Below are positions 42,262 through 52,171 of a stretch of DNA of 64,000 nt, piece after piece. Made by a program: the position numbers and the translations under genes. The stretch comes from Gammaproteobacteria bacterium (GTDB taxonomy: Bacteria; Pseudomonadota; Gammaproteobacteria; UBA5335; SLRW01): contig DASQZJ010000014.1 in NCBI GenBank assembly GCA_035638775.1, positions 13,119 to 77,118 on the forward strand, read 5' to 3'. How positions within the stretch are numbered: position 1 is the first letter of the stretch; every line of letters starts with the position of its first letter. Below the pieces are notes generated by a model that saw only the letters and a program-made list of their open reading frames with translations, had not been told where the DNA came from and ran no database searches.

Positions 42262-42441
42262 ATGGCACAGACCCGAGAGCAGACCGACAACGGCCAGCGC
42301 GTGGTGCATCCCCGCGCGACCGGCTCAACGGTGTACCTCGTGACCTTTCTGGCGTTGATGACCGCGTTCTTCCTGTTCGCGGAGTTCAGCCACCTGCACC
42401 CGATCATGAAGCTCTTCTACTGGCTCGCGCTGGTCTTCTGA
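42262..42441 (+). CDS. hypothetical small membrane protein
   Basis: 59-aa tail of ORF 42019..42441. MAQTREQTDNGQRVVHPRATGSTVYLVTFLALMTAFFLFAEFSHLHPIMKLFYWLALVF, with SD GGGGGGA 6 nt upstream. One or two hydrophobic helices. No family recognised. Confidence 0.35.
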   Translation: MAQTREQTDNGQRVVHPRATGSTVYLVTFLALMTAFFLFAEFSHLHPIMKLFYWLALVF

Positions 42442-42584
42442 GCCCCCGCGCGAGGGACCGGTTCACGGCCGGATAACCGACACCGGGGCCGAGCACCGGT
42501 TCCGGCGCCGCTTCCGCGTACGTCGAAGGCAACCCGCCCAGCGAACGCCGGGCAGGGCCCCGCGCCCCGGCCGCGACGCTAGAG

Positions 42585-43080
42585 ATGACGCCCGAACAGA
42601 CCGGCAAGCGCTTCCCGGTCCCGACGGTGGTCATGCCTCCCCGCATCGATGAGCGCGATGTTCACGGCGGGCCGGACCAACAACCGCGCCGGGGCGCGCG
42701 GCCGCTGATCTTTGCCGGCGCGCTCCTTCCTGCTCGCCTTCGGCATGGTGGCAACCCCCTGATACGACCTGCAGGTCGACACCTGGTGGTTGATGCGGCC
42801 CGTAATCGTCCAGGGCTGCGACGCCGGCCTGGCGTTCGTACCGCTGGCCACGGTCGCCTTCTCGACGCTGGCCCCGCAGGCCGCGGGCATGCGCCAGCCC
42901 CGCCGGACCATCCGTGCCTCGGTTGGCGTCGCCAACCGGACCGCCCTGACGGCACATGAAGGGCAGATCACCTGGAACCGGATCGGGGCGCACCTGCAGC
43001 AGGCGCCCGGGGCCGCGCTCGACGGCAACGGGGAATCAGCCAGTGACGCCCCCGCGGGACAGGCGGACGGTCGACGGTTA
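42585..43080 (+). pseudogene. decayed fragment of an MFS (EmrB/DHA2-like) transporter gene
   Basis: Across two frames, interrupted by TGA codons, one can read RPLIFAGALL..LAFGMVATP*YDLQVDTWWLMRPVIVQGCDAGLAFVPLATVAFSTLAPQ...RASVGVANRTALTAHE. This resembles the central EmrB region (LLQGLGMxxFFxPLTTxxLSxLPP...GSIGxS). Neither the N-terminal nor the C-terminal part is present. Confidence 0.35.
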
Positions 43081-43179
43081 CGGGGTGGATGCAATGGGTG
43101 GAACCGGAGGGAAAGTGCCCGCCCGGGCGTCAGGCTAAAGTCTGCGGTCTATATCTTCCGGTCCCCGAGTATATTACCA

Positions 43180-43470
43180 TCATGGCGTGTCATGGTTTTT
43201 CCGTGGGCGTCCCGGACGGCGACGCGCGCCGGGCGCATATCGTTCCGGCCAGAGATCTGCAGGCTTCAGCCCGAGGGTCTCGGCGATGATCCGTTCCCAC
43301 TTCGGGTACGGTTTGTAGAGGGCCGCCTGGGGCTGTTGACGGCTCACGCCGTGCTCCCGGGCGAGCATGGCCAGGCTGTAGCCACGGATCTCCAGCTGAA
43401 ACTTGATCCAGGCACGGCGCACCGTGATGTCACGGGGGATCTCGCGGGCAGGATATTGGGTATCGTCCAA
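43180..43470 (-). CDS. Ner/Nlp-family HTH regulator (Mu Ner-like)
   Basis: 96 aa. AWIKFQLEIRGYSLAMLAREHGVSRQQPQAALYKPYPKWERIIAETLGLKPADLWPERY follows the Mu Ner/Nlp pattern (WPKGExIIAxALxxxPxxIWPSRY). The C-tail RRRPGRPRK looks like an AT-hook. The ORF start is TTG. Confidence 0.85.
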   Translation of the reverse strand: MDDTQYPAREIPRDITVRRAWIKFQLEIRGYSLAMLAREHGVSRQQPQAALYKPYPKWERIIAETLGLKPADLWPERYAPGARRRPGRPRKNHDTP

Positions 43471-43632
43471 GCTGTGTCTCGCTAATTTAGAACGACAAGA
43501 GGCCCGAGCAGACTACTTGTTTGAATATCAGATTCACCAAGTGCAGTATTGGTTTATGGTTTTATGCTGAAATGACCTATAAAACTAGTCTAGCGCCTCT
43601 TGCTCGTGCGTTTCAACCGAGAAGAAGGCACC
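43471..43632. promoter_or_regulatory. AT-rich divergent promoter/operator region between the ner-like and cI-like genes
   Basis: This is the most AT-rich stretch I noticed in the window. It contains the tandem TGGTTTA-TGGTTTTA, the palindrome CTAGTCTAG and an 8-bp inverted repeat CAAGAGGC (43496-43503) / GCCTCTTG (43595-43602) bracketing it. Function is inferred from position only. Confidence 0.45.
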
Positions 43633-44346
43633 ATGAATGAGAGAGGAAAGACTACAATTCTAGGTGACCTGCTGCGCCGTGAGCGCGGACGGGTTTCGAT
43701 CACCGACATGGCGGCCCGGATCGGGGTGAACAAGAACACCCTGGGCGCCTATGAGCGGGGCCAGCGCCTGCCCGATATCGAGTTCCTGGCACGCTTCGCC
43801 CAAGTGACCGGGGGGCGCTTCTTCGACCTGTTCCAGGCGCGCCTGGCGAGCAGCGCCAGCGCCGCCGTGCGGGAGATCGCGGGAGAAGGCCCCGGGAGCT
43901 CCCCTCTGGAGAACCCCGCGGCGCGCAGCGATTTCCTGCTCCCGCCCTTCGCCCCGGATCTCACCCTGGACAGCGTGCAGAAAGCAGACAGCGCCAGCCC
44001 CGTGGGGTTCCGCCAGTGGTGGCTGCGGCGCCACGGCATCGAGGACGACCGGTTGATGGCGGCCCAGATCACCACCGACAGCATGGGACCGACGGTCGTG
44101 CCCGGCGACCTCGTTCTGCTGGACCTCACGCGCAACCGGCCCGCGGAAGCCGTCTACGCGATCCGCGCACCCGAGGGCCTGCTTCTGCGGCGTCTGCAAC
44201 GGCTCCCGGGTCAGCGCCTGCGGCTGATCACGGACAACCCCAGCTACCACGACTCGGAGATCTCCGTCGCGGATATCGGTGGCGCCGCCAGCGACTTCGA
44301 GCTCTTCGGCCAGGTCGTCTGGATGTCGCGCTTCGGTCCCCGATAA
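43633..44346 (+). CDS. phage CI/LexA-like repressor (XRE HTH + S24 peptidase domain)
   Basis: ORF 43600..44346 (TTG); ATG 43633 preferred (MNERGK, SD GAAGAAGG). HTH ITDMAARIGVNKNTLGAYERGQRLP. S24 block QITTDSMGPTVVPGDLVLLD with the Ser present. The usual VKRL Lys position reads LRRL. Confidence 0.8.
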   Translation: MNERGKTTILGDLLRRERGRVSITDMAARIGVNKNTLGAYERGQRLPDIEFLARFAQVTGGRFFDLFQARLASSASAAVREIAGEGPGSSPLENPAARSDFLLPPFAPDLTLDSVQKADSASPVGFRQWWLRRHGIEDDRLMAAQITTDSMGPTVVPGDLVLLDLTRNRPAEAVYAIRAPEGLLLRRLQRLPGQRLRLITDNPSYHDSEISVADIGGAASDFELFGQVVWMSRFGPR

Positions 44347-44426
44347 CCCCTCCCGCCCGTGCATTCCGATCTGCGGGACAGGTTCCCCGCACGGTTCCAT
44401 GACCCGGGCTGCGTCCCCGCGTTACA

Positions 44427-44455
44427 GGAACTTTTCAACCACCGGTTCCTTCAAA
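44427..44455 (+). promoter_or_regulatory. sigmaE/ECF-type promoter motif
   Basis: GGAACTT (44427-44433), a 17-nt spacer, then TCAAA (44451-44455). Lies about 260 nt upstream of the beta-barrel gene. Motif match only. Confidence 0.3.
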
Positions 44456-44713
44456 GCCCGTGTCCCTGCGGCGTTTCAGCCAAGCGCAGGGGGCGCGCGG
44501 CTTTGACAGGCGTGGGCCACAGTTTGCTAACGTCGCCCCGCCTTACGGTGTCCTGCAGAAGCCCTGCCCTGAACAGGGTTACCTGACGCGCAGACCGTAT
44601 CGGCCGCGCCTGCTCCATTGACCGTGCATGAAACGGCGTCCGCCGCCGGCGGACCCATGCACCCGACAGCCCAGGTTTTCCACGCTTGGGCGAAGCTGGA
44701 GGTAACAGACCAT

Positions 44714-45631
44714 ATGAATCAGAAGGTCCTGAAGGGAATCGTCGCCGGAGTTTCCGTGGCAGCCCTTTTCGGCAGCACCGCCGCCTTCGCGGCATCGCCG
44801 GACACCACTCCCCAGGGTGTCGGCGGCGGCGTGCTCAACCCGACCGCGAGCGTGACCAACCCGGTGAAGGCGCTGGGCGCCGGTCTCGACGGCAGCAGCT
44901 ACGTGGGCAAGCCGCAGTTCGCGACCTGGATGCTGCGCATGCCCGACGCCGGCGAGAACGTCTACGGCATCGGCGCCAACATGACGTTCTGGAACCGCCT
45001 CGAGCTGGGCATCTCGCGCAATGACGCAAACTTCAAGAATGCCAACATGCAGCTGGGGACCGACAGCGTGACGACGCACGACGTCTCCGCCAAGGTGCAG
45101 CTGCTCAGGGGCAGCGCGTGGCGCTCGGCGTGGATGCCGTCCCTTTCCGTGGGGGCCATCTACCGCCAGGCCAACCTCAACACGCCCTCGTTCAGCGGGG
45201 ACGCCGGCAGCCGCAACTCCGACACCGACTACTACGCGGTGATCGGCAAGCGCTTCCGGATGATGCCCATGCCGTGGAAGATCGACGCCGGCGTGCGCTA
45301 CACCAAGGCGTACATGGACGGCTTCGGCGGCTACGGCAACAGCCGCGCCCACGCCTGGTTCGGCAACATCGCGGTGATGCCGATGCACGCCTTCGCGCTC
45401 GGCTACGAGTACACCGAGGCGACCCGCGTGGGTACGAGCCCGAGCGGCGCCCCGCTGGTCAACCCCGCCCGCTGGGATGTCTATGCCAAGTGGAACGCGA
45501 CCCAGAATCTGTCGCTCAAGGCGGCCTACCTGTACAGCGGCAGCCAGCGGTGGACGCATTACAACGCGAGCAGCAACCGTTCGTCCGCGCGCGGCGGCGG
45601 CGGCATGCTGAGCGTGCAGTACGCCTTCTGA
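44714..45631 (+). CDS. exported protein, probable outer-membrane beta-barrel (family not recognised)
   Basis: ORF 44618..45631, start moved to MNQKVLKGIVAGVSVAALFGSTAAFA (SD GGAGG). Alternating hydrophobic strands and a C-terminal GMLSVQYAF with terminal Phe. Confidence 0.75.
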   Translation: MNQKVLKGIVAGVSVAALFGSTAAFAASPDTTPQGVGGGVLNPTASVTNPVKALGAGLDGSSYVGKPQFATWMLRMPDAGENVYGIGANMTFWNRLELGISRNDANFKNANMQLGTDSVTTHDVSAKVQLLRGSAWRSAWMPSLSVGAIYRQANLNTPSFSGDAGSRNSDTDYYAVIGKRFRMMPMPWKIDAGVRYTKAYMDGFGGYGNSRAHAWFGNIAVMPMHAFALGYEYTEATRVGTSPSGAPLVNPARWDVYAKWNATQNLSLKAAYLYSGSQRWTHYNASSNRSSARGGGGMLSVQYAF

Positions 45632-45653
45632 CCCCGGCGCAGCCGCGCCACGA

Positions 45654-45686
45654 GCCGGTGCCGGCCCTGCCGGCACCGGCTTTTTT
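45654..45686 (+). terminator. intrinsic terminator
   Basis: GCCGGTGCCGGC-CCT-GCCGGCACCGGC followed by TTTTTT, 23 nt after the stop of the preceding gene. Confidence 0.7.
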
Positions 45687-45831
45687 CGTGCCCTTCCCCT
45701 AACGACCGTTTGGGTGCCGCCCGCATAATGGCTATGATTCGTGACCGGCCCCGTGCCCGTCCGGTCCGCCCGACGCCGGACACCGGCGACCGTATGCAGG
45801 GGCCGCGCAACGGGAATCCCTGGAGGCGAAC

Positions 45832-47382
45832 ATGGCAGGCACGGTCGGCGGCATCGGTGACTGGCTCACCCGGCACGCCCACGCCCATCCCGACCGGGAG
45901 GCACTGGTCTACGGCGACACGCGGCTCACCTCGTCGCAGCTGGACGAGCGCGTACGGCGCCTTGCCGACGCGCTGGCCGCACGCGGCGTACGCCAGGGCG
46001 ACCGCGTCGCCGCGCTGATGCTCAACAGCAACGCCTTCATCGAGACCCTGTTCGCCTGTGCCCGGCTGGGCGCCATCTTCGTACCCATCAACTTCCGCCT
46101 GAGTCCCGCCGAGATCCGGTACGTACTGGATGATGCCGGGGCCCACCTGGTCGTCTACCACGACCTGTTCGCCGACCTGCTCGCGCCGGCCCGCGAGGGC
46201 ACGGAGCTGCTGCACGCGATCCGGGTCAACGAGGGCGCCGCGGCCGTCGCGGCGAGCGACGAGGACTACGAGACCGTGCTGGCCGCGGGGGATCCGGAAC
46301 GCCCGGCCGCGCCCGTGGTACAGGACGACGTGCACCTGATGATGTACACCTCCGGGACCACGGGCCGTCCCAAGGGGGCGATGCTGACCCACGGCAACAG
46401 CACCTGGAACGCCTTCAATCTGCTGCTGCACGGGTCCGCGCTGGGCACCGGGGACACCGTGCTTACCGTGGCGCCGATGTTCCACATCGGCGGGCTCAAC
46501 GTGCACACGCTGCCGGCGATCTACAAGGGCACCCGGGTGGTGCTGGCGGCCAGGTTCGATCCCGCCGCCACCCTCGAGCGGGTCCAGCGCGAGCGCGTGA
46601 CCACGCTGTTCCTGGTGCCGGCAATGTGGCTGGCGATCAGCCGGGTCCCCGACTTCGACGAGTATGACCTGTCCTCGCTGCACACCCTGCTCTCCGGCGG
46701 TGCGCCCTGCCCCATCCCGGTGATCGAGTTCTTCCAGGGCCGCGGGCTGCGCTTCCAGGAGGGCTTCGGCATGACCGAGACCGCGCCCAACGCCTCGATC
46801 CTCGACAACGCCGACGCCGTGCGCAAGCACGGCTCGGTGGGCAAGCCGCTGATGCACATGGAGATGCGCATCGTCGACGAGAGCGACCGCGACGTGGCGG
46901 AAGGGGAAACGGGCGAGCTCCTGGTGCGCGGCCCCAATGTGTTCGCCGGCTACTGGAACCGACCCGAGGCCACGCGCGAGGCCTTCCGCGGCGGCTGGTT
47001 CCATACCGGGGACCTCGCGCGCCGCGACGACGAGGGGTTCTATTACATCGTGGACCGCAAGAAGGACATGCTCATCTCGGGCGGCGAGAACGTCTACCCG
47101 ACGGAGGTCGAGCAGGTGCTGTTCCGCCACCCCGCGGTGCAGGAAGTGGCGGTGGTCGGGATCCCGGACGAGAAGTGGGGCGAGGTGCCGATGGCGATCA
47201 TCGTCCCGCGCGAGGCCGGCGCGAGCCTGACGCTGGAGGACGTGCAGGACTTCTGCGCCGGCAAGCTCGCCCGCTTCAAGATTCCCAGGAAAGTGGAGAT
47301 GGTGGAGCAGCTGCCGCGCAACGCGGCCGGCAAGGTCCTGAAGCGCGAGCTGCGCAGCCGCTTCGCCCCGTCGGAGAAATGA
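45832..47382 (+). CDS. acyl-CoA synthetase (AMP-forming ligase)
   Basis: 516 aa. AMP-binding motif MMYTSGTTGRPKGAMLTH, plus GWFHTGDLARRDDEGFYYIVDRKKD and GKVLKRELR. Confidence 0.9.
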   Translation: MAGTVGGIGDWLTRHAHAHPDREALVYGDTRLTSSQLDERVRRLADALAARGVRQGDRVAALMLNSNAFIETLFACARLGAIFVPINFRLSPAEIRYVLDDAGAHLVVYHDLFADLLAPAREGTELLHAIRVNEGAAAVAASDEDYETVLAAGDPERPAAPVVQDDVHLMMYTSGTTGRPKGAMLTHGNSTWNAFNLLLHGSALGTGDTVLTVAPMFHIGGLNVHTLPAIYKGTRVVLAARFDPAATLERVQRERVTTLFLVPAMWLAISRVPDFDEYDLSSLHTLLSGGAPCPIPVIEFFQGRGLRFQEGFGMTETAPNASILDNADAVRKHGSVGKPLMHMEMRIVDESDRDVAEGETGELLVRGPNVFAGYWNRPEATREAFRGGWFHTGDLARRDDEGFYYIVDRKKDMLISGGENVYPTEVEQVLFRHPAVQEVAVVGIPDEKWGEVPMAIIVPREAGASLTLEDVQDFCAGKLARFKIPRKVEMVEQLPRNAAGKVLKRELRSRFAPSEK

Positions 47383-47391
47383 GGCCGTTCC

Positions 47392-49011
47392 ATGCCCGTA
47401 ATCGAGAGCCAGATCGACACCGACAGTGAATCCTACCGGAGCAACCGCGAGGCCATGCTGGAGCTGGTCGAGCGCTTTCGCGACCTCGAGCAGCGCGTGC
47501 GGGACAAGTCCAACAGCAAGCGTGAGCGCTTCGAGAAGCGCGGCCAGCTGCTGCCGCGCGAGCGCGTGGCGATGCTGCTGGACAAGGGCTCGCCGTGGCT
47601 GGAGATCGCAACGCTCGCCGGCCTGGGCATGCATGATGACGACGGCGAGAGCGACGTGCTGGGCGGCGGCCTGATCGTCGGCATCGGCTACGTCTCCGGC
47701 ATGCGCTGCCTGATCAGCGCCTCCGACAGCGCCATCAAGGGCGGCACGGTCGCTCCCATGGGCCTGAAGAAGTCGCTGCGCGCGCAGGAGATCGCGATCA
47801 AGAACAAGCTGCCGCTGATTCACCTGGTCGAGTCCGGCGGCGCCAACCTGCGCTACCAGTCGGAGATCTTCGTCGAGGGCGGCAAGGGCTTCTACAACCA
47901 GGCGCGCATGTCGGCCCTGGGCATCCCCCAGATCACGGTGGTGCACGGCTCCTCCACCGCCGGCGGCGCCTACCAGCCGGGGCTGTCCGACTACACCATC
48001 ATGGTGCGCGGGCGCGCCAAGGTGTTCCTCGCCGGCCCGCCGCTGCTCAAGGCCGCCACCGGCGAGGTCGCCACGGACGAGGAGCTGGGCGGCGCGGAGA
48101 TGCACTCGACGGTCTCCGGCGTCTCCGAGCACCTGGCCGAGAACGACGCCGACGGCGTGCGCATCGCCCGCGAGATCGCGGCAAAGCTGGGCTGGAACGA
48201 CCGCCTGCCGTATCAGCCGCCGCCCGGGTACCGCGAGCCGCGCTACAGCCCGGACGAGCTCGCCGGGGTCGTGCCGGTGGACTATCACAAGCCCTACGAC
48301 GTGCGCGAGGTCATCGCCCGCATCGTGGACGATTCCGACTTCCTGGACTTCAAGGCGCTGTACGGGCCGCAGACGGTGTGCGGGCAGGCCGCGATCGAGG
48401 GCCATCCCTGCGGCATCATCGGCAACAACGGGCCCATCGACGCCCAGGGCGCCACCAAGGCGGCCCAGTTCATCCAGCTGATGTGCCAGGCGGGTACGCC
48501 CATCCTCTACCTGCAGAACACCACCGGCTACATGGTCGGCACCGAGGCCGAGCAGGCCGGCATCGTCAAGCACGGCTCCAAGATGATCCAGGCGGTCGCC
48601 AACGCCACCGTGCCCCAGATCACCCTGCACATCGGCGCGAGCTTCGGCGCCGGCAACTACGGCATGTGCGGGCGCGCCTACGACCCGCGCTTCATCTTTT
48701 CCTGGCCCAACACGCGCATCGCCGTGATGGGCGGCGAGCAGGCCGCGAAGGTGCTGTCCATCGTCACCGAGGAGAAGCACCGGCGCGAGGGCACGGAGAT
48801 CGACCGCGGCAAGCTCCAGGCGATGGAGCAGTTCATCGTCGACCAGTTCGAGCGCGAGTCCCACGCGCTGTTCGGCACCGCGCGCCTGTGGGACGACGGC
48901 CTGATCGACCCGCGCGACTCGCGCCGCGTGCTGGCCTACACCCTGTCGATCTGCCGCGAGGCCGGGATCCGGCCGCTGAATCCCGTCACCTTCGGCGTCG
49001 GCCGGATGTGA
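47392..49011 (+). CDS. acyl-CoA carboxylase carboxyltransferase (beta) subunit, MccB/AtuC family
   Basis: 539 aa. RGQLLPRERVAMLLD, GGANL and GSSTAGGAYQPGLSD blocks, with two crotonase-like CT halves. Confidence 0.92.
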   Translation: MPVIESQIDTDSESYRSNREAMLELVERFRDLEQRVRDKSNSKRERFEKRGQLLPRERVAMLLDKGSPWLEIATLAGLGMHDDDGESDVLGGGLIVGIGYVSGMRCLISASDSAIKGGTVAPMGLKKSLRAQEIAIKNKLPLIHLVESGGANLRYQSEIFVEGGKGFYNQARMSALGIPQITVVHGSSTAGGAYQPGLSDYTIMVRGRAKVFLAGPPLLKAATGEVATDEELGGAEMHSTVSGVSEHLAENDADGVRIAREIAAKLGWNDRLPYQPPPGYREPRYSPDELAGVVPVDYHKPYDVREVIARIVDDSDFLDFKALYGPQTVCGQAAIEGHPCGIIGNNGPIDAQGATKAAQFIQLMCQAGTPILYLQNTTGYMVGTEAEQAGIVKHGSKMIQAVANATVPQITLHIGASFGAGNYGMCGRAYDPRFIFSWPNTRIAVMGGEQAAKVLSIVTEEKHRREGTEIDRGKLQAMEQFIVDQFERESHALFGTARLWDDGLIDPRDSRRVLAYTLSICREAGIRPLNPVTFGVGRM

Positions 49012-49036
49012 CATAGAAAGCCGAGGAAAGCCCGAG

Positions 49037-50191
<1,155 letters not shown>

Positions 50192-50200
50192 CGCGCGCTT

Positions 50201-52171
50201 ATGACCGATTTTTCCACCATCCTGATCGCCAACCGCGGCGAGATCGCCGTGCGCGTCATCCGCAGCGCCCGCGCGCTCGGCTATCGCACCGTCGCCGTCT
50301 ACTCGGAAGCCGACCGTGAAGCGCCGCACGTGCGCGCCGCCGACCGCGCGGTCTGCATCGGCCCGCCGCAGGTGGGCATGTCCTACCTGGACATCGAGCG
50401 GGTGCTGGACGCCGCCCGACGCACCGGCGCGGACGCGGTGCATCCCGGCTACGGCTTCCTCTCGGAGAACGCCGACTTCGCCGCCGCCTGCAACGACGCC
50501 GGCGTCGCCTTCATCGGCCCGCCGCCGGAGGCCATCCGGCTGATGGGCAACAAGGCCGCCGCCAAGCGGCGCATGCTCGATGCCGGTGTGCCCTGTGTGC
50601 CGGGCTACGAGGGCGAGGCCCAGGATGACGCCCGCCTGCGCGAGGAAGCCGACGCCATCGGCTACCCGGTCATGATCAAGGCGGCGGCCGGCGGCGGCGG
50701 CCGCGGCATGCGCCGGGTGGATGAGGCGGGAAGCTTCGACGGCGCGCTGCGCTCGGCGCGCTCCGAGGCCCTGAACGCGTTCGGCTCCGACGAGCTGATC
50801 CTGGAGAAGGCGGTGGTCTCGCCGCGGCACGTCGAGATCCAGGTATTCGCGGACACCCGCGGCAACGTCATCCACCTGGGCGAGCGAGACTGCTCGATCC
50901 AGCGCCGCCACCAGAAGGTGATCGAGGAAGCACCGTCGCCGGCGGTGGACTGCCCCCTGCGCCGGCGCATGGGCGAAGCGGCGTGCAAGGCCGCCGCCGC
51001 GATCGGCTACGTCGGCGCCGGCACGGTGGAGTTCCTGCTGGATGCGGACGGCGAGAGCTTCTACTTCCTGGAGATGAACACGCGGTTGCAGGTCGAGCAC
51101 CCGGTCACCGAGATGATCACCGGCCAGGACCTGGTCACCTGGCAGGTCGACGTGGCGGCGGGCAAGCCGCTGCCGATGGCGCAGGAGGCGCTGGTCCTCG
51201 ATGGCCACGCCATCGAGGCCCGCCTGTACGCGGAGGATCCGTACCGGGAGTTCCTGCCGCAGAGCGGCCCGGTACACCTGTGGCGAGCGCCCGGCGGACC
51301 GGGGGTACGGGTGGACGCCGGCATGGCGACCGGCTTCGAGGTCAGCCCCTTCTACGACCCGATGATCGCCAAGATCGTGGCCCACGGCCGCGACCGCGAC
51401 GAGGCCCGGCGGCGCCTGCGCGAGGCGCTGGCGGACACGGTGATCCTGGGACCGGGGACCAACCGCCGCTTCCTGATCGACTGCCTCGACCACGAGGTAT
51501 TCGCGGACGGCAGGGCCACGACGGCGTTCATCCCCGAGCATTTCCCGGCGGAGACGCTCACCCGCCCCGTACCCGGCGAGCCTGTCTGGGCCCTCGCGGC
51601 CGCCGTGCTCTATCGCCTGGCCAGCCGGCCGCCGCAGCCGATGCTGCGCGACTGGGCCAGCACCGGCTCGACCACCCGCCCCATGCGCCTGGAATGCGAC
51701 GAGCGACAGGTCGCGGTCCACATCACGGCGGCCGGGCCGGACCGCTACCGCGTAACGCCCGGCGGGGAATCGTTCGAGGTCACGCTGGAAGCCCTGGAAG
51801 ACGGGCGGGTGCGCTACGGCGTGGACGGCAACGAGGCCGCGGCCGCCTGGACCGTGGCGGGCGACACGCTGTACCTGGCCCTGCCCGACACGGACGCCGC
51901 CTTCCGGGACGTGCTGCTCGAAAAGGCCGCGGGCCTGGACCGGGCGGGCGGCGACGGCACCGTCCGCGCGCCCATGAACGGCTCCGTCGTCGCCGTCCAT
52001 GTCGAGCCCGGCACCCGCGTCACCCGCGGCCAACCCCTGGTGGTGCTGGAAGCGATGAAGATCGAGCACGAGCTCACCGCCCCGCTGGACGGGGTCGTCG
52101 AGGCCGTCAATGTTCGGGAGGGGGACCAGGTGGCGACCAGGAAGGTGTTGGTAGAGATCGGGGACGAATAG
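50201..52171 (+). CDS. acyl-CoA carboxylase biotin carboxylase + BCCP (alpha) subunit, MccA/AtuF family
   Basis: 656 aa. [41 protein letters not shown] and a C-terminal biotinyl domain VLEAMKIEHEL. Confidence 0.93.
   Translation: MTDFSTILIANRGEIAVRVIRSARALGYRTVAVYSEADREAPHVRAADRAVCIGPPQVGMSYLDIERVLDAARRTGADAVHPGYGFLSENADFAAACNDAGVAFIGPPPEAIRLMGNKAAAKRRMLDAGVPCVPGYEGEAQDDARLREEADAIGYPVMIKAAAGGGGRGMRRVDEAGSFDGALRSARSEALNAFGSDELILEKAVVSPRHVEIQVFADTRGNVIHLGERDCSIQRRHQKVIEEAPSPAVDCPLRRRMGEAACKAAAAIGYVGAGTVEFLLDADGESFYFLEMNTRLQVEHPVTEMITGQDLVTWQVDVAAGKPLPMAQEALVLDGHAIEARLYAEDPYREFLPQSGPVHLWRAPGGPGVRVDAGMATGFEVSPFYDPMIAKIVAHGRDRDEARRRLREALADTVILGPGTNRRFLIDCLDHEVFADGRATTAFIPEHFPAETLTRPVPGEPVWALAAAVLYRLASRPPQPMLRDWASTGSTTRPMRLECDERQVAVHITAAGPDRYRVTPGGESFEVTLEALEDGRVRYGVDGNEAAAAWTVAGDTLYLALPDTDAAFRDVLLEKAAGLDRAGGDGTVRAPMNGSVVAVHVEPGTRVTRGQPLVVLEAMKIEHELTAPLDGVVEAVNVREGDQVATRKVLVEIGDE

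Noticed and set aside
42442-45700. Intact Mu-like or lambdoid prophage
   Set aside because: Only the repressor/ner pair is present. There is no transposase, integrase, structural or lysis gene and no recognisable phage ends.
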